A stretch of DNA of 63,834 nucleotides, counting the filler. It is 6 parts of 6 records of this genome, joined end to end, with 100 filler letters (N's around TTAATTAATTAA, not from the genome) between each part and the next. Parts side by side here need not be neighbours in the genome. Positions count along the whole stretch, not along the records: positions 39,289 to 48,653 come from DRR378314_1601; positions 48,754 to 58,364 come from DRR378314_1603; 4 more parts are not named here. One strand, given 5' to 3'. Each line of letters starts with the position of its first letter. Within the stretch, counting starts at the first letter, position 1. Shown here piece by piece: positions 39,373-50,157 of the stretch. Below the pieces are notes generated by a model that saw only the letters and a program-made list of their open reading frames with translations, was not told where the DNA came from and did not search any database. Position numbers and translations under genes: made by a program.

Positions 39373-40713
39373 ATGCTAAAAAACCTACACCGCGCTGCCC
39401 TTGCAGCGGTCCTGGTACTAACCGCCGCGACCACCCCCGCCCTGGCCGACACCACCCAACGCATCACCGAACTGGCCGAAGCCCAGGCCGACCGCCTGGT
39501 GAGCACCTTCAAACACCTGCACGCCAACCCGGAACTGGGCTTCCAGGAGACCGAAACCGCCAAACAGGTCAGCAAGCGCCTCAAAAAACTGGGCTACCAG
39601 GTGCACACCGGCATCGGCGGCACCGGCGTGGCGGCGGTGCTGAAAAACGGCGACGGCCCGGTGGTGATGTTCCGCAGCGACATGGACGGCCTGCCGGTGA
39701 AGGAGGACACCGGCCTGGACTACGCCAGCCGCAAGCAGGTCACGCTCGATGACGGCAGCAAAACCCACGTCGCCCACGCCTGCGGCCACGACGCCCACGT
39801 CAGCTGGCTGCTGGGCATCGCCGAAGTGATGCGAGAGACCCGCGACGCCTGGGCCGGCACCCTGGTGCTGATCGCCCAGCCGGCGGAAGAGCTGATCCAG
39901 GGCGCCCAGGCCATGGTCGACGACGGCCTCTACGACCGGGTGCCCAAGCCGGAGCTGCTGATCAGCGCCCATGTGTTCCCGGTGTGGCCCGCCGGCACCG
40001 TGGCGGTGCGCGCCGGACGCCGCATGGCCGGCAGCGACCAGCTCGACGTCACCCTGCACGGCGTCGGCGGCCACGGCTCCTCGCCGCAGAATACCGTCGA
40101 CCCGGTGGTGATGGGCGCGCGCTCGGTGATGGCCTACCAGACCATCGTCAGCCGCAACGTGGATCCGCAGAAACCGGCGGTGCTCACCGTGGGCGCCAGC
40201 CAGATCGGCGAAGCCAACAACGTGATCCCGGACAACGGCACTCTCAAGCTCAACCTGCGCTGGTACGAAAAGCCGGTGCGCGAACAGATGATCGAAGCCA
40301 TCAAACGGGAAACCAACGGCATCGCCCGAGCCGCCGGCGTCGCCGACGAGAAGATGCCGGAATACACCCTCAAGGGGTACTCCGAACCGGTCTACAACGA
40401 CGAGGCCCTGGCCCAGCAGGCCCAGCAAACCCTCGCCGCCGGCCTCGGCAAAGAGGTGCTGATGCCCGGCTTCCCGCCGGTGATGGGCTCCGAGGATTTC
40501 CCCATGCTGGTGGCCGGCATTGAGGACACGCAGACCCTGTTCATGGAAGTGGGCGGCGGCGCCCCGGACGTGATGAAGAAATACATGGCGACCGGTGAAC
40601 TGCCGCCGATGAATCACAATCCCAAGTTTGAAATCATCAACCCGCGCCTGGCCATCACCACCGCCGTGAAAGCCAACAGCCTGCTGCTGCTCGACGCGCT
40701 GTCGGCGGAATAG
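39373..40713 (+). CDS. Exported M20 family amidohydrolase (hippurate hydrolase/Acy1-like)
   Basis: Signal peptide ending PALA; HLHANPELGFQE, RSDMDGLP, HACGHDAH, QPAEE, GGHGS, MGSEDF and NHNPKF. Confidence 0.92.
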   Translation: MLKNLHRAALAAVLVLTAATTPALADTTQRITELAEAQADRLVSTFKHLHANPELGFQETETAKQVSKRLKKLGYQVHTGIGGTGVAAVLKNGDGPVVMFRSDMDGLPVKEDTGLDYASRKQVTLDDGSKTHVAHACGHDAHVSWLLGIAEVMRETRDAWAGTLVLIAQPAEELIQGAQAMVDDGLYDRVPKPELLISAHVFPVWPAGTVAVRAGRRMAGSDQLDVTLHGVGGHGSSPQNTVDPVVMGARSVMAYQTIVSRNVDPQKPAVLTVGASQIGEANNVIPDNGTLKLNLRWYEKPVREQMIEAIKRETNGIARAAGVADEKMPEYTLKGYSEPVYNDEALAQQAQQTLAAGLGKEVLMPGFPPVMGSEDFPMLVAGIEDTQTLFMEVGGGAPDVMKKYMATGELPPMNHNPKFEIINPRLAITTAVKANSLLLLDALSAE

Positions 40714-40726
40714 GACGTCTCACCAA

Positions 40727-40749
40727 GAGCGGGCTGGGCCCGCTCCTAC
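40727..40749 (-). repeat. GTAG-type REP between convergent genes
   Basis: Minus strand reads GTAG-GAGCGGGC-CCA-GCCCGCTC. Confidence 0.75.
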
Positions 40750-40752
40750 AAG

Positions 40753-41613
40753 TCAGCCGCTACGCAGATGGTGCGCGTGATAGCGCAGGTGGTCGTCGAT
40801 AAAGCTGGCGATAAAGAAGTAGGAATGATCGTACCCCGGCAGCATACGCAGGGTCAGCGGCACGCCGGCTTTCTTGCAGGCCGCTTCCAGGGCTTCCGGG
40901 CGTAGCTGCCCGTCCTGGTAGAAGTTATCCGCCTCACCCTGGTCCACCTTGATTTCCGCCGGCGCCGGGGCGCCGGTGGCGATCAGTTCGCAGGCGTCCC
41001 ATTCCTCCCAGGTGTCACGATCGTCACCCAGGTAGCCGCCCAGCGCTTTCTCGCCCCAGGGGCATTGCGTCGGGTTGGCGATGGGCGCGAACGCGGACAC
41101 CGAGGCGTAGCGCTCCGGGTGCTTGAGCGCGCACACCAGCGCGCCGTGGCCGCCCATGGAATGGCCGCTGATCGACTGCTGGCCGTTGAGCGGAAAGTGC
41201 CGGGCCACCAGCGCCGGCAGCTCTTCGGTAACGTAGTCGTACATGCGGTAATGGCGGTTCCAGGGTGCCTCGGTGGCGTTCACGTAGAAGCCGGCGCCGG
41301 AGCCGAAGTCGTAGCTGTCGTGCTCGCCGGGCAGGTCGGTGCCGCGCGGGCTGGTGTCCGGGCAGACGATCGCCAGGCCCAGCTCCGCGGCGGTGCCGTG
41401 GGCGCCGGCTTTCTGCATGAAGTTTTCATCCGTGCAGGTCAGTCCGGACAGCCACCACAGCAGCGGCACGTCCTGCTCCTCCGCCGCCGGCGGCAGGTAG
41501 ATGGCGAAGATCATCTCGCAGCCGAGCACTTTGCTGTGGTGCTTGTAGCGCTTCAGCCAGCCGCCGAAGCTCTTGTTCGCCGCGACCAGTTCCAGTTCGT
41601 CGGGATGAGTCAT
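40753..41613 (-). CDS. fghA: S-formylglutathione hydrolase
   Basis: WLSGLTCTDENF, PDTSPRG, GAGFYVNAT, GHSMGGHGAL and GYDHSYFFIASF. Confidence 0.97.
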   Translation of the reverse strand: MTHPDELELVAANKSFGGWLKRYKHHSKVLGCEMIFAIYLPPAAEEQDVPLLWWLSGLTCTDENFMQKAGAHGTAAELGLAIVCPDTSPRGTDLPGEHDSYDFGSGAGFYVNATEAPWNRHYRMYDYVTEELPALVARHFPLNGQQSISGHSMGGHGALVCALKHPERYASVSAFAPIANPTQCPWGEKALGGYLGDDRDTWEEWDACELIATGAPAPAEIKVDQGEADNFYQDGQLRPEALEAACKKAGVPLTLRMLPGYDHSYFFIASFIDDHLRYHAHHLRSG

Positions 41614-41630
41614 AGCGAGTGCTCCCGCAA

Positions 41631-42767
<1,137 letters not shown>

Positions 42768-42834
42768 TTACGTCGATTCTTCGGCTCAGTGTACTGGCGC
42801 CGCTTCGCCCTCTTAAGGCATTATTTCGCAATAG

Positions 42835-42856
42835 ATTATTGCTCAGGAGCAACAAT
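42835..42856. promoter_or_regulatory. Putative LysR binding site overlapping the regulator's RBS/start
   Basis: Inverted repeat ATTATTGCTC-AG-GAGCAACAAT (1 mismatch) in the frmA-lysR divergent region. Confidence 0.55.
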
Positions 42857-43733
42857 GCAGCACTGGGATCGCATCGAGGCCTTCGTCGAGGTGGTGAGGC
42901 ACGAATCCTTCGCCGGCGCGGCCCGGGGCCTGGGGGTCTCCAGCTCCCACGTCAGCCGTCTGGTGGCGCGCCTGGAGACCCAGCTCGGCACCCAGCTGCT
43001 GTACCGGACCACCCGCCGTCTGCGGCTCACCGATGCCGGCGCCGTCTATTTCGAGCACTGCGCCCAGCTGTTCGACGGTTTCCAGGAAGCGCTCACCGCG
43101 ATCAGCGACTACCAGCGCCGGCCCACCGGCGTGCTCAAACTCACCTGCGCCACCACCTTCGGCGAGAAATTCATCGCCCCGCTGGTCAACGATTTCCTCG
43201 CCGAGCACCCGCAGCTGTCGGTGCGCATGGACTTCACCAACCGGCCGGTGGACATCGTCGACGAAGGCTTCGACGTGGCGGTGCGCACCGGCGCCCTGCC
43301 CGACTCCTCGCTGATCGCCCGCAAGCTGTGCCCGCGCCGGGAGTACGTGGTCGGCTCGGCGGACTATTTCCAGCGCCACCCGCGGCCCCACACCCTGGGC
43401 GAGCTGGCCGGCCACAACTGCCTGCTCGGTTCCGCCGACCACTGGACCTTCGACCTTGACGGCCAGCACCGGGCCTGGCGGGTGGAGGGCAACTGGCGGG
43501 CCAATTCCGGCCTGGCGCTGCTGGATGCGGTGCACAAGGGGCTGGGGCTGGCCCAGCTGCCGGACTACTACGTGCGCGAGGGCCTCGAACGGGGCGAGCT
43601 GGTGTCGGTGCTGGACGCCCACGCCTGCACCCACACGGCGGTCTGGGTGGTCTATCCGCGCCACCGGCATCTGTCCCCCAAGGTGCGCCAGTTCGTGGAC
43701 TTCCTGGTGGCCGGCATGGACGGCCGCGCTTGA
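42855..43733 (+). CDS. LysR family regulator (CrgA-like), divergent from frmA-fghA
   Basis: MQHWDRIEAFVEVV...SFAGAARGLG...LLYRTTRRLRLT; C-terminal SPKVRQFVDFL. The 704-aa ORF in the track is an upstream extension artefact. Confidence 0.95.
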   Translation: MQHWDRIEAFVEVVRHESFAGAARGLGVSSSHVSRLVARLETQLGTQLLYRTTRRLRLTDAGAVYFEHCAQLFDGFQEALTAISDYQRRPTGVLKLTCATTFGEKFIAPLVNDFLAEHPQLSVRMDFTNRPVDIVDEGFDVAVRTGALPDSSLIARKLCPRREYVVGSADYFQRHPRPHTLGELAGHNCLLGSADHWTFDLDGQHRAWRVEGNWRANSGLALLDAVHKGLGLAQLPDYYVREGLERGELVSVLDAHACTHTAVWVVYPRHRHLSPKVRQFVDFLVAGMDGRA

Positions 43734-43792
43734 AAGCGGCCGCCTCCATCATCAGGTAGAGGTCAGACAAGCCACGAACGCAAGGAGAGAAC

Positions 43793-44602
43793 ATGGCCAA
43801 GGCAACCCTCCCGGCCCTGGGGCTGGGCACCTTCCGGCTCAAGGGCGAGCCGCTGATGGGCAGCATCCACAAGGCCCTGGACCTGGGCTACCGCCACATC
43901 GACACCGCCCAGATGTACGAGAACGAAGAGACCGTGGGCGCCGCCCTGGACGCCCATGATGTACCCCGCGACGAGGTCTTCCTGACCACCAAAATCTGGC
44001 ACGACCGGCTGCAGCACGACGACCTTTTACAAAGTTTGCAGGAAAGCGTGAACCGGTTGCGCGTGGACGCGGTGGACCTGGCCCTGATCCACTGGCCGAG
44101 CCCCAACGACGAAGTGCCCATGGACGAATACATCGGCGCCCTGGCCGAGGCCAAAAAGCAGGGCCTGGCCAAGAACGTGGGGGTCTCCAACTTCACCGTG
44201 GCGCAACTGGAACGGGCGCTCAGCGTGCCCGGCGGCGAGGAACTGGTCACCAACCAGGTGGAAGTGCACCCCTTCCTGACCAACCGCAAGGTGGTCGACG
44301 CGATTCAGCGTGCCGGTCTCACCGTGACCGCCTACATGCCGCTGGCGGTGGGCAAGGTGCTGGAGGACCCGACCCTCAAGAAACTGGGTGAGAAGTACGA
44401 CGCCTCCGCCGCCCAGGTGGTGCTTGCCTGGCTGCACCAGAAAGACATCGTGGTGATTCCCTCGTCCACCAAGGAAGCGCACCTGAAAGCCAACATGGCG
44501 GCGTTGGATATCACGCTGGAGCAGGCGGACATGGACGCCATCGAGGCCCTGAACCGGAACGAGCGTATCGCCGACCCGGATTTCGCCCCGGACTGGGACT
44601 GA
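43793..44602 (+). CDS. dkgB: Aldo/keto reductase, 2,5-didehydrogluconate reductase DkgB-like
   Basis: LGLGTFRL, GYRHIDTAQMYENE, LTTKIW, LIHWP, GVSNF, NQVEVHP, AYMPLA and VIPSSTK. Confidence 0.88.
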   Translation: MAKATLPALGLGTFRLKGEPLMGSIHKALDLGYRHIDTAQMYENEETVGAALDAHDVPRDEVFLTTKIWHDRLQHDDLLQSLQESVNRLRVDAVDLALIHWPSPNDEVPMDEYIGALAEAKKQGLAKNVGVSNFTVAQLERALSVPGGEELVTNQVEVHPFLTNRKVVDAIQRAGLTVTAYMPLAVGKVLEDPTLKKLGEKYDASAAQVVLAWLHQKDIVVIPSSTKEAHLKANMAALDITLEQADMDAIEALNRNERIADPDFAPDWD

Positions 44603-44645
44603 CGGCGGGCGAGACAAAGCGCCCCTCAGGCTCTAGCATGCGGGC

Positions 44646-45665
44646 ATGGAGCGAATTCCCCACGATAAGCTTGATGCCCTTCAGTTCGACCGTGATGAGC
44701 GCCTGGAAGTCTGGCGTCAGAGCGTCGAGCCCCTGTTCGATTGCCGCGCCGCCCGGGAACCCGGCGGCCGGGAATTTCAGGGCCGGCTGGAGAGTTTCAA
44801 TCTCGGCCAGACGCTGATCGCGCGTAGTGAGTTCACGCCGCTGCACTTCCAGCGTGACCGGCGCACCTCGGACGATCATCTGCTGGTGCAGCTGTACACC
44901 CACGGCGGTTACCAGGGCTACAACGGTGACCGCAAAGTGCAGGTGGGCCCCGGCGACATCAGCCTGCTGGATATGGGGCTGGGCCTGGAAACCCTGGCGC
45001 CGCGCTCCGGCAACCTGTCTCTGGTGATCCCCCGAGACCGCTTCTTCGCCCTCACCAAACCGGCCGACTACCGGCCGGGCACGGTGCTGCGCGCCGGCAC
45101 GCCGCTGGCCACTATTCTCGCCAACCACCTGTCCAGTGTCTGGACGTCGCTGGCGGACGCCTCCGTGGACGACCTGCCGGCCATCAACCGCACCCTGGTG
45201 GGCGCGGTGGCCGGCGCCTTCTGCCAGGGCCCGGTGCGCGAAGACGCGGCGATGCCGTTCGAGGACGCCGCCCGCGACGCGGTGCGCGCTTTCATCGTTC
45301 ACAACCTGGACGACCCGGGGCTGGGGCCGGCGCGGCTGTGCCGGCGCTTCGGCCTGTCCCGCACCCGGCTGTACCGGCTGTTCGAGCCGTTCGGCGGCGT
45401 CGCCGGCTATATCCGCGAACAGCGCCTGGACCGGGCCTTCCGTGAGCTTGCCGAGCGTGATCTGGGGCAACGGCGTCTGGTGGAGGTGGCGCTGGAGTGC
45501 GGTTTCGACAGCCAGAGCCATTTCTGCCGGCTGTTCCGCCAGCGTTTCGGCATGACCCCCGGCGAGGCCATGGAACAGGGCCGCTCCGCCCGGCTCCGCC
45601 GCTCGCAGGCGGACGGCGACGGGCCGTCGCGGCCGGAGTTTCGCGATTGGCTGCTCAGTCTCTGA
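44646..45665 (+). CDS. AraC family transcriptional regulator (FeaR-like ligand domain)
   Basis: C-terminal double HTH LSRTRLYRLFE...YIREQRL...VALECGFDSQSHFCRLFRQRFGMTP. Confidence 0.92.
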   Translation: MERIPHDKLDALQFDRDERLEVWRQSVEPLFDCRAAREPGGREFQGRLESFNLGQTLIARSEFTPLHFQRDRRTSDDHLLVQLYTHGGYQGYNGDRKVQVGPGDISLLDMGLGLETLAPRSGNLSLVIPRDRFFALTKPADYRPGTVLRAGTPLATILANHLSSVWTSLADASVDDLPAINRTLVGAVAGAFCQGPVREDAAMPFEDAARDAVRAFIVHNLDDPGLGPARLCRRFGLSRTRLYRLFEPFGGVAGYIREQRLDRAFRELAERDLGQRRLVEVALECGFDSQSHFCRLFRQRFGMTPGEAMEQGRSARLRRSQADGDGPSRPEFRDWLLSL

Positions 45666-45794
45666 GCGGAAACGCCGGCGGGACAAATCATCAACGGGGC
45701 GGGAAACAAGCGTGCAAGCGTTCCGCCGGGCGGGCCGCCACAATGCGTGGGCGAGTTAGCGGAACGCTATCTTTTGCATATTCGGGTTGTGAGC

Positions 45795-45823
45795 AAGCCC
45801 CGGGGGTTTCCCCGGGGCTTTTT
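45795..45823. terminator. Intrinsic terminator between convergent genes
   Basis: AAGCCCCGGGG-GTTT-CCCCGGGGCTT-TTT. Confidence 0.8.
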
Positions 45824-46706
45824 AATGGGCGGGTGTCAGCGTGCGCGCCAGGAAGGCGGCCCCGGCGTCCTCGGCGGCGCCGCCGAACAGAAACGCCGCC
45901 ACATGGCCCTTGCCGCGCAGCAGTAGCAATTCGTTGTCGACGCCGTTGGCGTTGAGCGCGGTGCGGTAGTCTTGCGCGTGGTCCACCGGCACCACCGAAT
46001 CCAGGGTGCCGTGGTACAGCAGGTGCGGCGGCGTGTCGGCGCCCACATGGGTGACCGGCGAGGCGGCCGCGTAGGTGGCGGCGTTGCTCTCCTGCGGGCC
46101 GCCCAGGAACTGCGGGACCAGGGTGCCGCCCTCGAACTTGCGCAGATCCGTGGGCGTGCCGCCGGCCACCACAGCCCGGGGTCGGGTGACCGGGCCGCCG
46201 TAGGGTTCGTTCAGCGGGCTGTCCGTGTCCGCCGCCACGGTGGCCAGCAGCGTCACCAGGTGGGCGCCGGACGAATAGCCCCAAGCGCCCACCCGCGACC
46301 GGTCGATGCCGTAATCGTCCGCGTGCACATGCAGCCAGCGCATCGCCATCTGCAGGTCGTGGAGCTGCGCCGGGAAGGTGTACTCCGGCGCGAAGCGGTA
46401 TTCGACGTTCACCGCCACGAAGCCCTGTTCGGCCAGTTGCCTGGCAAGCCCCGCCGTGTCCTCCGGCGAGCGCCGTTCCCAGCCGCCGCCATGCACCACC
46501 AGCACCGTCGGATACCGGCCGGGCGGCTCCGGGCGGTAGATGTCCGCATGCAGCGTTTGCGGCCAGTCGTCGGGGGTGTAAACCCGATCCTCGATCACCG
46601 CGACGTCGAAATCGGGCAGTGCCGGCGGCTCGCCCTCCGGCGCGCCCAGATGGCGCACACAGCCGGTGACCGCCAGCGTGCAAAGAAACAGCAGGGTGAT
46701 TCTCAT
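45822..46706 (-). CDS. Alpha/beta hydrolase lipoprotein (HSL/family IV-like esterase)
   Basis: Lipobox VTGC; HGGGW, nucleophile GYSSG, HGTLDSVVP and GKGH. Confidence 0.9.
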   Translation of the reverse strand: MRITLLFLCTLAVTGCVRHLGAPEGEPPALPDFDVAVIEDRVYTPDDWPQTLHADIYRPEPPGRYPTVLVVHGGGWERRSPEDTAGLARQLAEQGFVAVNVEYRFAPEYTFPAQLHDLQMAMRWLHVHADDYGIDRSRVGAWGYSSGAHLVTLLATVAADTDSPLNEPYGGPVTRPRAVVAGGTPTDLRKFEGGTLVPQFLGGPQESNAATYAAASPVTHVGADTPPHLLYHGTLDSVVPVDHAQDYRTALNANGVDNELLLLRGKGHVAAFLFGGAAEDAGAAFLARTLTPAH

Positions 46707-46781
46707 GAAGCGCTCCGCGGATAAAACAAACCACTACGCTAAACGCGGACCAATCAATGGCGGGTGAGGGCGGCAGGTCTT

Positions 46782-46797
46782 GTGGGAGCGGGCCCCG
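46782..46797 (+). repeat. Truncated GTGG-type REP
   Basis: GTGGGAGCGGGCCCCG lies 2 nt from the DegV stop codon and matches the REP copies at the contig ends. Confidence 0.65.
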
Positions 46798-46799
46798 GC

Positions 46800-47747
46800 T
46801 CAGTCCGTGGTGAAGGCGGGGTCGTCGACGATCATGCCGATGCTGAGCGCGCCCGGGCCGATGTTCACCGCGCCGGTGAGGCCCATGCTGCTGGTCAGCA
46901 GCTCCACCTTGTGGCGCTTGGCGGCCTCGGCCAGGCGGTCGAAGCCGGGCATCTGGCGGATGCGGCTTTCGTCGCCGGCGTAGCTCACGCACACCACCGG
47001 CGCCATCAGGCCGCGCTCGATGCAGCGGGCGCCGTGCCGGAACATGGCCTCCACGCCGGCGTCGAAGCCGCGCATCTTGGCCACCGGGAAGGTTTCGTCC
47101 TGGCGGGCGCAGAGCACCGGTTTGATGTCCAGGGCATTGCCGAGAATCGCGCCGGCCCAGCTGACGCTCTTGTCGCCGCGTTTCTTGGCGCGCTTGTGCA
47201 GGTAGTAGATGTCCGGCACCACCGCGTAGCCGGTGGCCTTGGAGGCCAGCACTTCCACGCTTTGCCGGATTTCGGTGATTTTCATGCCGCTTTGGATCAG
47301 CCGCATGGTTTCCGCCGCCAGGGCGCCCTGGCCGGCGAACAGGGTCTGGCTGTCAGTGACGCGCAGGGCGAAGGGCCCTTCCACGCCGGCCTGCTTCCGG
47401 ATCGGCTTGTACTCACGCAGGATGGCGTGGGAGGCCTCGGTGGCGTTGGTGAAAATCGGGCTGCGGCTTTTCGGCACCGTCTGCACCAGGGCGTAGTCGA
47501 AATCCACCACCACCTTGTCCAGGAACAGCGCCTTGATCTGCTCCATGGTGAACGGGATGGATTCCGCGCCATGGGCTTTCTCGGACGCCTCGGTGGCGTA
47601 AAACTGACGGGTGCGTTCCGGATCCCGCTCATCGACGATGATCTGATCCCCGAGCCGGATGGAGACCGGGAGGATCAGAATGCCGTGTTCATCGATAAAG
47701 GATTTGGGAAGATCGCAGCCGGAATCAACGACCAGACCGATTCTCAT
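46800..47747 (-). CDS. DegV family fatty-acid-binding protein
   Basis: IGLVVDSGCDLP, VTDSQTLFAGQG, LDIKPVL and NIGPGAL. Confidence 0.9.
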   Translation of the reverse strand: MRIGLVVDSGCDLPKSFIDEHGILILPVSIRLGDQIIVDERDPERTRQFYATEASEKAHGAESIPFTMEQIKALFLDKVVVDFDYALVQTVPKSRSPIFTNATEASHAILREYKPIRKQAGVEGPFALRVTDSQTLFAGQGALAAETMRLIQSGMKITEIRQSVEVLASKATGYAVVPDIYYLHKRAKKRGDKSVSWAGAILGNALDIKPVLCARQDETFPVAKMRGFDAGVEAMFRHGARCIERGLMAPVVCVSYAGDESRIRQMPGFDRLAEAAKRHKVELLTSSMGLTGAVNIGPGALSIGMIVDDPAFTTD

Positions 47748-47786
47748 AATTATTCACCCCTTTTCATCGCAGTCTAGCGTAAAAAG

Positions 47787-47802
47787 TGTGACCTGCAACA
47801 CT
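47787..47802. promoter_or_regulatory. Possible CRP/Vfr-family site upstream of degV
   Basis: TGTGA-CCTGCA-ACACT, against the consensus TGTGA-N6-TCACA. Confidence 0.35.
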
Positions 47803-47836
47803 CCCCGGTCCAGACCTTCGGCTTAAAGCTTGACGC

Positions 47837-48653
47837 TTAAAGCCCCAGGTTATCCAGCACACGCAGAATCGGGCCGGACTGGTTCATGGTGTAGAAGTGC
47901 AGGCCCGGGGCGCCCATCGCCAGCAGGCGCTCGCAGAGGCGGGTCACCACTTCCTCGCCGAACGCTTTCACCGCCTGCTCGTCGTCGCGGATGTCGTCCA
48001 GGCGGCTGCGCAGCCAGCGCGGGATATCGGCGCCGCAGTTATCGGAAAAGCGGAACAGATTGGCGACGTTGAGAATCGGCATCACGCCCGGGTAGACCGG
48101 CGCGTCGCAACCGCGCCGGCGCAGCTCGTCCATGTAGTAGCCGTAGGCGTCGGCGTTGTAGAAGTACTGGGTAATGCCGCTGTCGGCGCCGGCGCGGATC
48201 TTGCGCTGAAAGTGCGCGATATCATCGTCGAAGCTGCGCGACTGCGGGTGATTCTCCGGGTAGGCGGCCACTTCCAGGTGGAAATGGTCGCCGGTTTCCT
48301 CGCGGATCAGGGCCACCAGATCGTCGGCGTACTTCACTTCGCTCTGCGCGTAGCCCATGCCGGAGGGCAGGTCGCCGCGCAGCGCCACGATCCGGCGCAC
48401 GCCGCTTTCCTTGTAGCCGTTGACCAGTTCCATGATCTCGTCACGGCTCTGGCCGATGCAGCTCAGGTGCGGCGCGGTGTCGGCGTGCTGCTCGCGCAGC
48501 AGGTCGACCATCTGCCGGGTGTAGTCCCGCGTGGAGCCGCCGGCGCCGAAGGTGCAGGAGAAAAACTCCGGCTTCTTGGCCAGCAGCTTTTGCTGGGTGT
48601 TCAGGAGTTTTTCCCGCCCCTGCTCGGTCTTGGGCGGGAAAAACTCAAAGCTG
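47837..48653 (-). CDS. metF: 5,10-methylenetetrahydrofolate reductase (first few codons missing at contig end)
   Basis: SFEFFPPKT, CTFGAGGSTR, APHLSCIG, ALRGDLP, VAAYPE, ITQYFY and LHFYTMNQ. Confidence 0.97.
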
Positions 48654-48753
48654 NNNNNNNNNNNNNNNNNNNNNNNNNNNNNNNNNNNNNNNNNNNNTTA
48701 ATTAATTAANNNNNNNNNNNNNNNNNNNNNNNNNNNNNNNNNNNNNNNNNNNN
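48654..48753. other. Artificial contig linker
   Basis: 44 N + TTAATTAATTAA + 44 N. Confidence 0.99.
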
Positions 48754-48803
48754 CCCCGCCCGCGAAAGGGCGGCAAAGCCGCCCGGCAGGATCCCAGAGA
48801 CCT
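48754..48803 (+). repeat. REP/REPIN fragment with accessory hairpin
   Basis: CCCCGCCCGCGAAAG (3' half of the REP), then hairpin GGGCGGC-AAA-GCCGCCC, then GGCAGGATCCCAGAGACCT, which is shared with 39289-39318. Confidence 0.8.
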
Positions 48804-49606
48804 TAAAGCGGCAGCACCTCAAAGGTCCCCATGTACTGCAGACGGCGGCCATCGGCTTTCGGATGCGCGGCGCGGTCGTCGCTGTAGGCGGCTTCCAGGT
48901 GGTAGCGGCCGGCCTGGGGCCATTGCAGCTTGATCTCGCCGTTGTCGTCGCTGGTGGCGGTGAGGGCGCCGTGGTTGTCGCGGTAGCGGCTGCCGCCGGG
49001 CACCACTTCCACTTCCACGCCGGCGGCCGGTTCGCCGTCGACCAGGAAGCGGAACAGGGCGGTTTCGCCGGCGTAGAGGTCGTTGGGGTGGGTCACCGGC
49101 TGCAGTTCCAGGCCCTTGCCGACCGGTTTGAAGTCGGAGGGCGCGCCCACCGTGGCGAAGGTTTCCAGCCGGTTCATGACTTCGGAGAGACGCATCTCTT
49201 CCGCGCCTTCGGGAATCTCCCGCAGCAGCGCTTCGGCGCTGTCGCCGCGCCGGCGGTGGCGTTCGCCGTCGAGCTGATAAAAGGCCATGTACATGGGCCG
49301 GAAGAGGGTGATGCGGTAGCTGCCTTCCTCGCTGAGCTCGGCGTCGAAGCTGCTGCGCCGGTGGCCCTCGAATCGGTGATCCACTGGCGCCTCCTTGCCG
49401 TCCGGGCCGGTGACGCTCAGTCCTTGCAGCGGGAACGGCCGGTCGACGTCGAAAATGTCGTTGGAGACGCTGGCGTCCACGGTGATCCATTGCGCTTCCG
49501 AGACCACGGTGTGGCTGGGCAGCAGCCAGAGTTTATGGGCCTGGGCCGCCGGGCTCAGGGTCAGCAGCGCGGCCAGGGCGGTGCCGGCGAAAGGGGTGAT
49601 TTTCAT
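48803..49606 (-). CDS. DUF4198 domain periplasmic protein
   Basis: Signal peptide ending AQA|HKLWLLPS; WITVDASVSN, GLELQPVTHPNDL and GGSRYRD. Confidence 0.88.
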   Translation of the reverse strand: MKITPFAGTALAALLTLSPAAQAHKLWLLPSHTVVSEAQWITVDASVSNDIFDVDRPFPLQGLSVTGPDGKEAPVDHRFEGHRRSSFDAELSEEGSYRITLFRPMYMAFYQLDGERHRRRGDSAEALLREIPEGAEEMRLSEVMNRLETFATVGAPSDFKPVGKGLELQPVTHPNDLYAGETALFRFLVDGEPAAGVEVEVVPGGSRYRDNHGALTATSDDNGEIKLQWPQAGRYHLEAAYSDDRAAHPKADGRRLQYMGTFEVLPL

Positions 49607-49644
49607 GGAAACTCCTTGCAAAGAACCTGGTGAGAAATAGTCGG

Positions 49645-50145
49645 TCAGGGCGCGAGGCGCAGTCGCACCCGGCCCAGCTCCTGCTCGCCGTCGGCGCGCA
49701 CGGTTTTGTTGCCGGTGGCCGGCCACTGGAACGGCAGGCGCACCACTTCCCGGCCGCCCACTTCGCGGGCCGCTTCCACCACCAGTTGGTAGTCACCTTC
49801 GGGCAGATCGCTGAAAGCCGGCAGCTCGGAAAAATCCACGGAATGGGTGCCGGGACGGCGGGTGGCGCCGGTGAGGCCGTCGTAGGGCCGGCTTTGCCCG
49901 CGCCCGGTGCGGCGCCACCACAGGCGCAGGTCCTTGAGCCATTTTTCCTGGTCGTCGTACCACAACCCCAGCGGCATGATCTCGCCGCTGTCGGCGTGTT
50001 TAAGCCAGAACGCCAGGTAGGGGGCGTGGTATTCCGCCACCGCCATGCGCGGTATTTCCACCTCCAGGCGCAGCTCGGCGGCGGCCGCGTTGGCGGCGGC
50101 GACGCCGGCGAACAGGGCGGCGAGAAGAGAGAGCCAGGGACGCAT
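49645..50145 (-). CDS. DUF2271 domain protein (predicted FMN-flavinylated)
   Basis: Signal peptide; VAEYHAPYLAFW, WLKDLRLWWRR, DGLTGATR and VEAAREVGGRE. Confidence 0.88.
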   Translation of the reverse strand: MRPWLSLLAALFAGVAAANAAAAELRLEVEIPRMAVAEYHAPYLAFWLKHADSGEIMPLGLWYDDQEKWLKDLRLWWRRTGRGQSRPYDGLTGATRRPGTHSVDFSELPAFSDLPEGDYQLVVEAAREVGGREVVRLPFQWPATGNKTVRADGEQELGRVRLRLAP

Positions 50146-50157
50146 TTCGTTCTCCAG

